NCBI GenBank assembly: GCA_013151865.1
Contig: JAADHN010000166.1
Coordinates: forward strand, 2,792-66,791
DNA length: 64,000 nt
Reading direction: 5' to 3'
Source: Kiritimatiellota bacterium
GTDB lineage: Bacteria; Verrucomicrobiota; Lentisphaeria; Oligosphaerales; JAADHN01
The notes under the pieces are model-generated. The model was not told the origin of the DNA. It was given only the letters and a program-made list of their open reading frames with translations, and did not search any database. Made by a program: the position numbers and the translations under genes. Shown piece after piece: positions 63,815-64,000 of this stretch. The stretch's first letter is position 1; each line of letters begins with the position of its first letter.

Positions 63815-64000
63815 GCGAAAGTGAATCTATGGTCTCGCCCCGGCTTGGAACGCGACCGAGCCGTCGGCCCCGGCAACCCGTTCCGGGAATCCTGAGACGC
63901 ACCGTGATTGGCGGCGGAAGCGCCCACTGCACACCTCTTCTCCTGGACAAATGCGGAACCCCCGCACGCGCCATGCCGAATCCTCCGACCCCAGCCCCCC

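Overview
High-GC, gene-dense bacterial chromosomal segment. Two 60-nt lines counted by hand gave 44/60 G+C at 9001-9060 and 27/60 at 1861-1920, so the left end is lower in GC. Gene content (large secreted glycan-active proteins, several Gfo/Idh/MocA oxidoreductases, a RayT-like HUH protein, a sigma54 regulator) suggests a PVC-type genome (Planctomycetota/Verrucomicrobiota-like); this is inference only. I support about 47 protein genes and found no rRNA, complete tRNA or CRISPR array. The many long Arg/Pro/Gly-rich ORFs in the track are antisense shadows of real genes. Layout: (a) 1-4.9 kb, lower GC: a radical SAM/SPASM enzyme whose GTG start overlaps the stop of a small Tat-signal protein carrying a CxxCxxCxCxC cysteine cluster, preceded by a secreted TPR protein. 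This is the most novel-looking module, a candidate peptide or cofactor maturation system. (b) 5.3-7.2 kb: a 9-nt tandem array, a RayT/IS200-like Y1 transposase-like gene and REP-like GC hairpins that recur in other intergenic gaps. (c) 7.4-33.8 kb: housekeeping genes (coaBC, gmk), an FHA/FxsA/Zn-ribbon/LemA block, giant secreted proteins (one a heparinase II/III-SGNH fusion), a GH32-like protein with non-canonical catalytic motifs, a DegT aminotransferase, SDR, epimerase and URO-D-like genes. (d) 34.2-50.6 kb: a coherent respiratory island. It holds a PhnD-like binding protein, a histidine kinase, a sigma54-dependent activator, a sigma54 promoter, a molybdoenzyme in ttrBCA order (FeS, NrfD anchor, ~1045-aa Tat-exported Mo subunit), an orphan receiver, moeA-moaA-moaC-MOSC/MoaB-mobB/mobA and a porin. 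(e) 50.7-64 kb: HAD hydrolase, GHL10-like hydrolase, PD-(D/E)XK nuclease, tadA, His6-type hisA, tmk, holB, a secreted hypothetical, an oxidoreductase, a GYF-domain protein and a possibly frameshifted gene at the right edge. Three unusually long non-coding gaps (12445-13476, 24602-25466, 30256-30970) carry shared short repeat families but no RNA gene I can identify.
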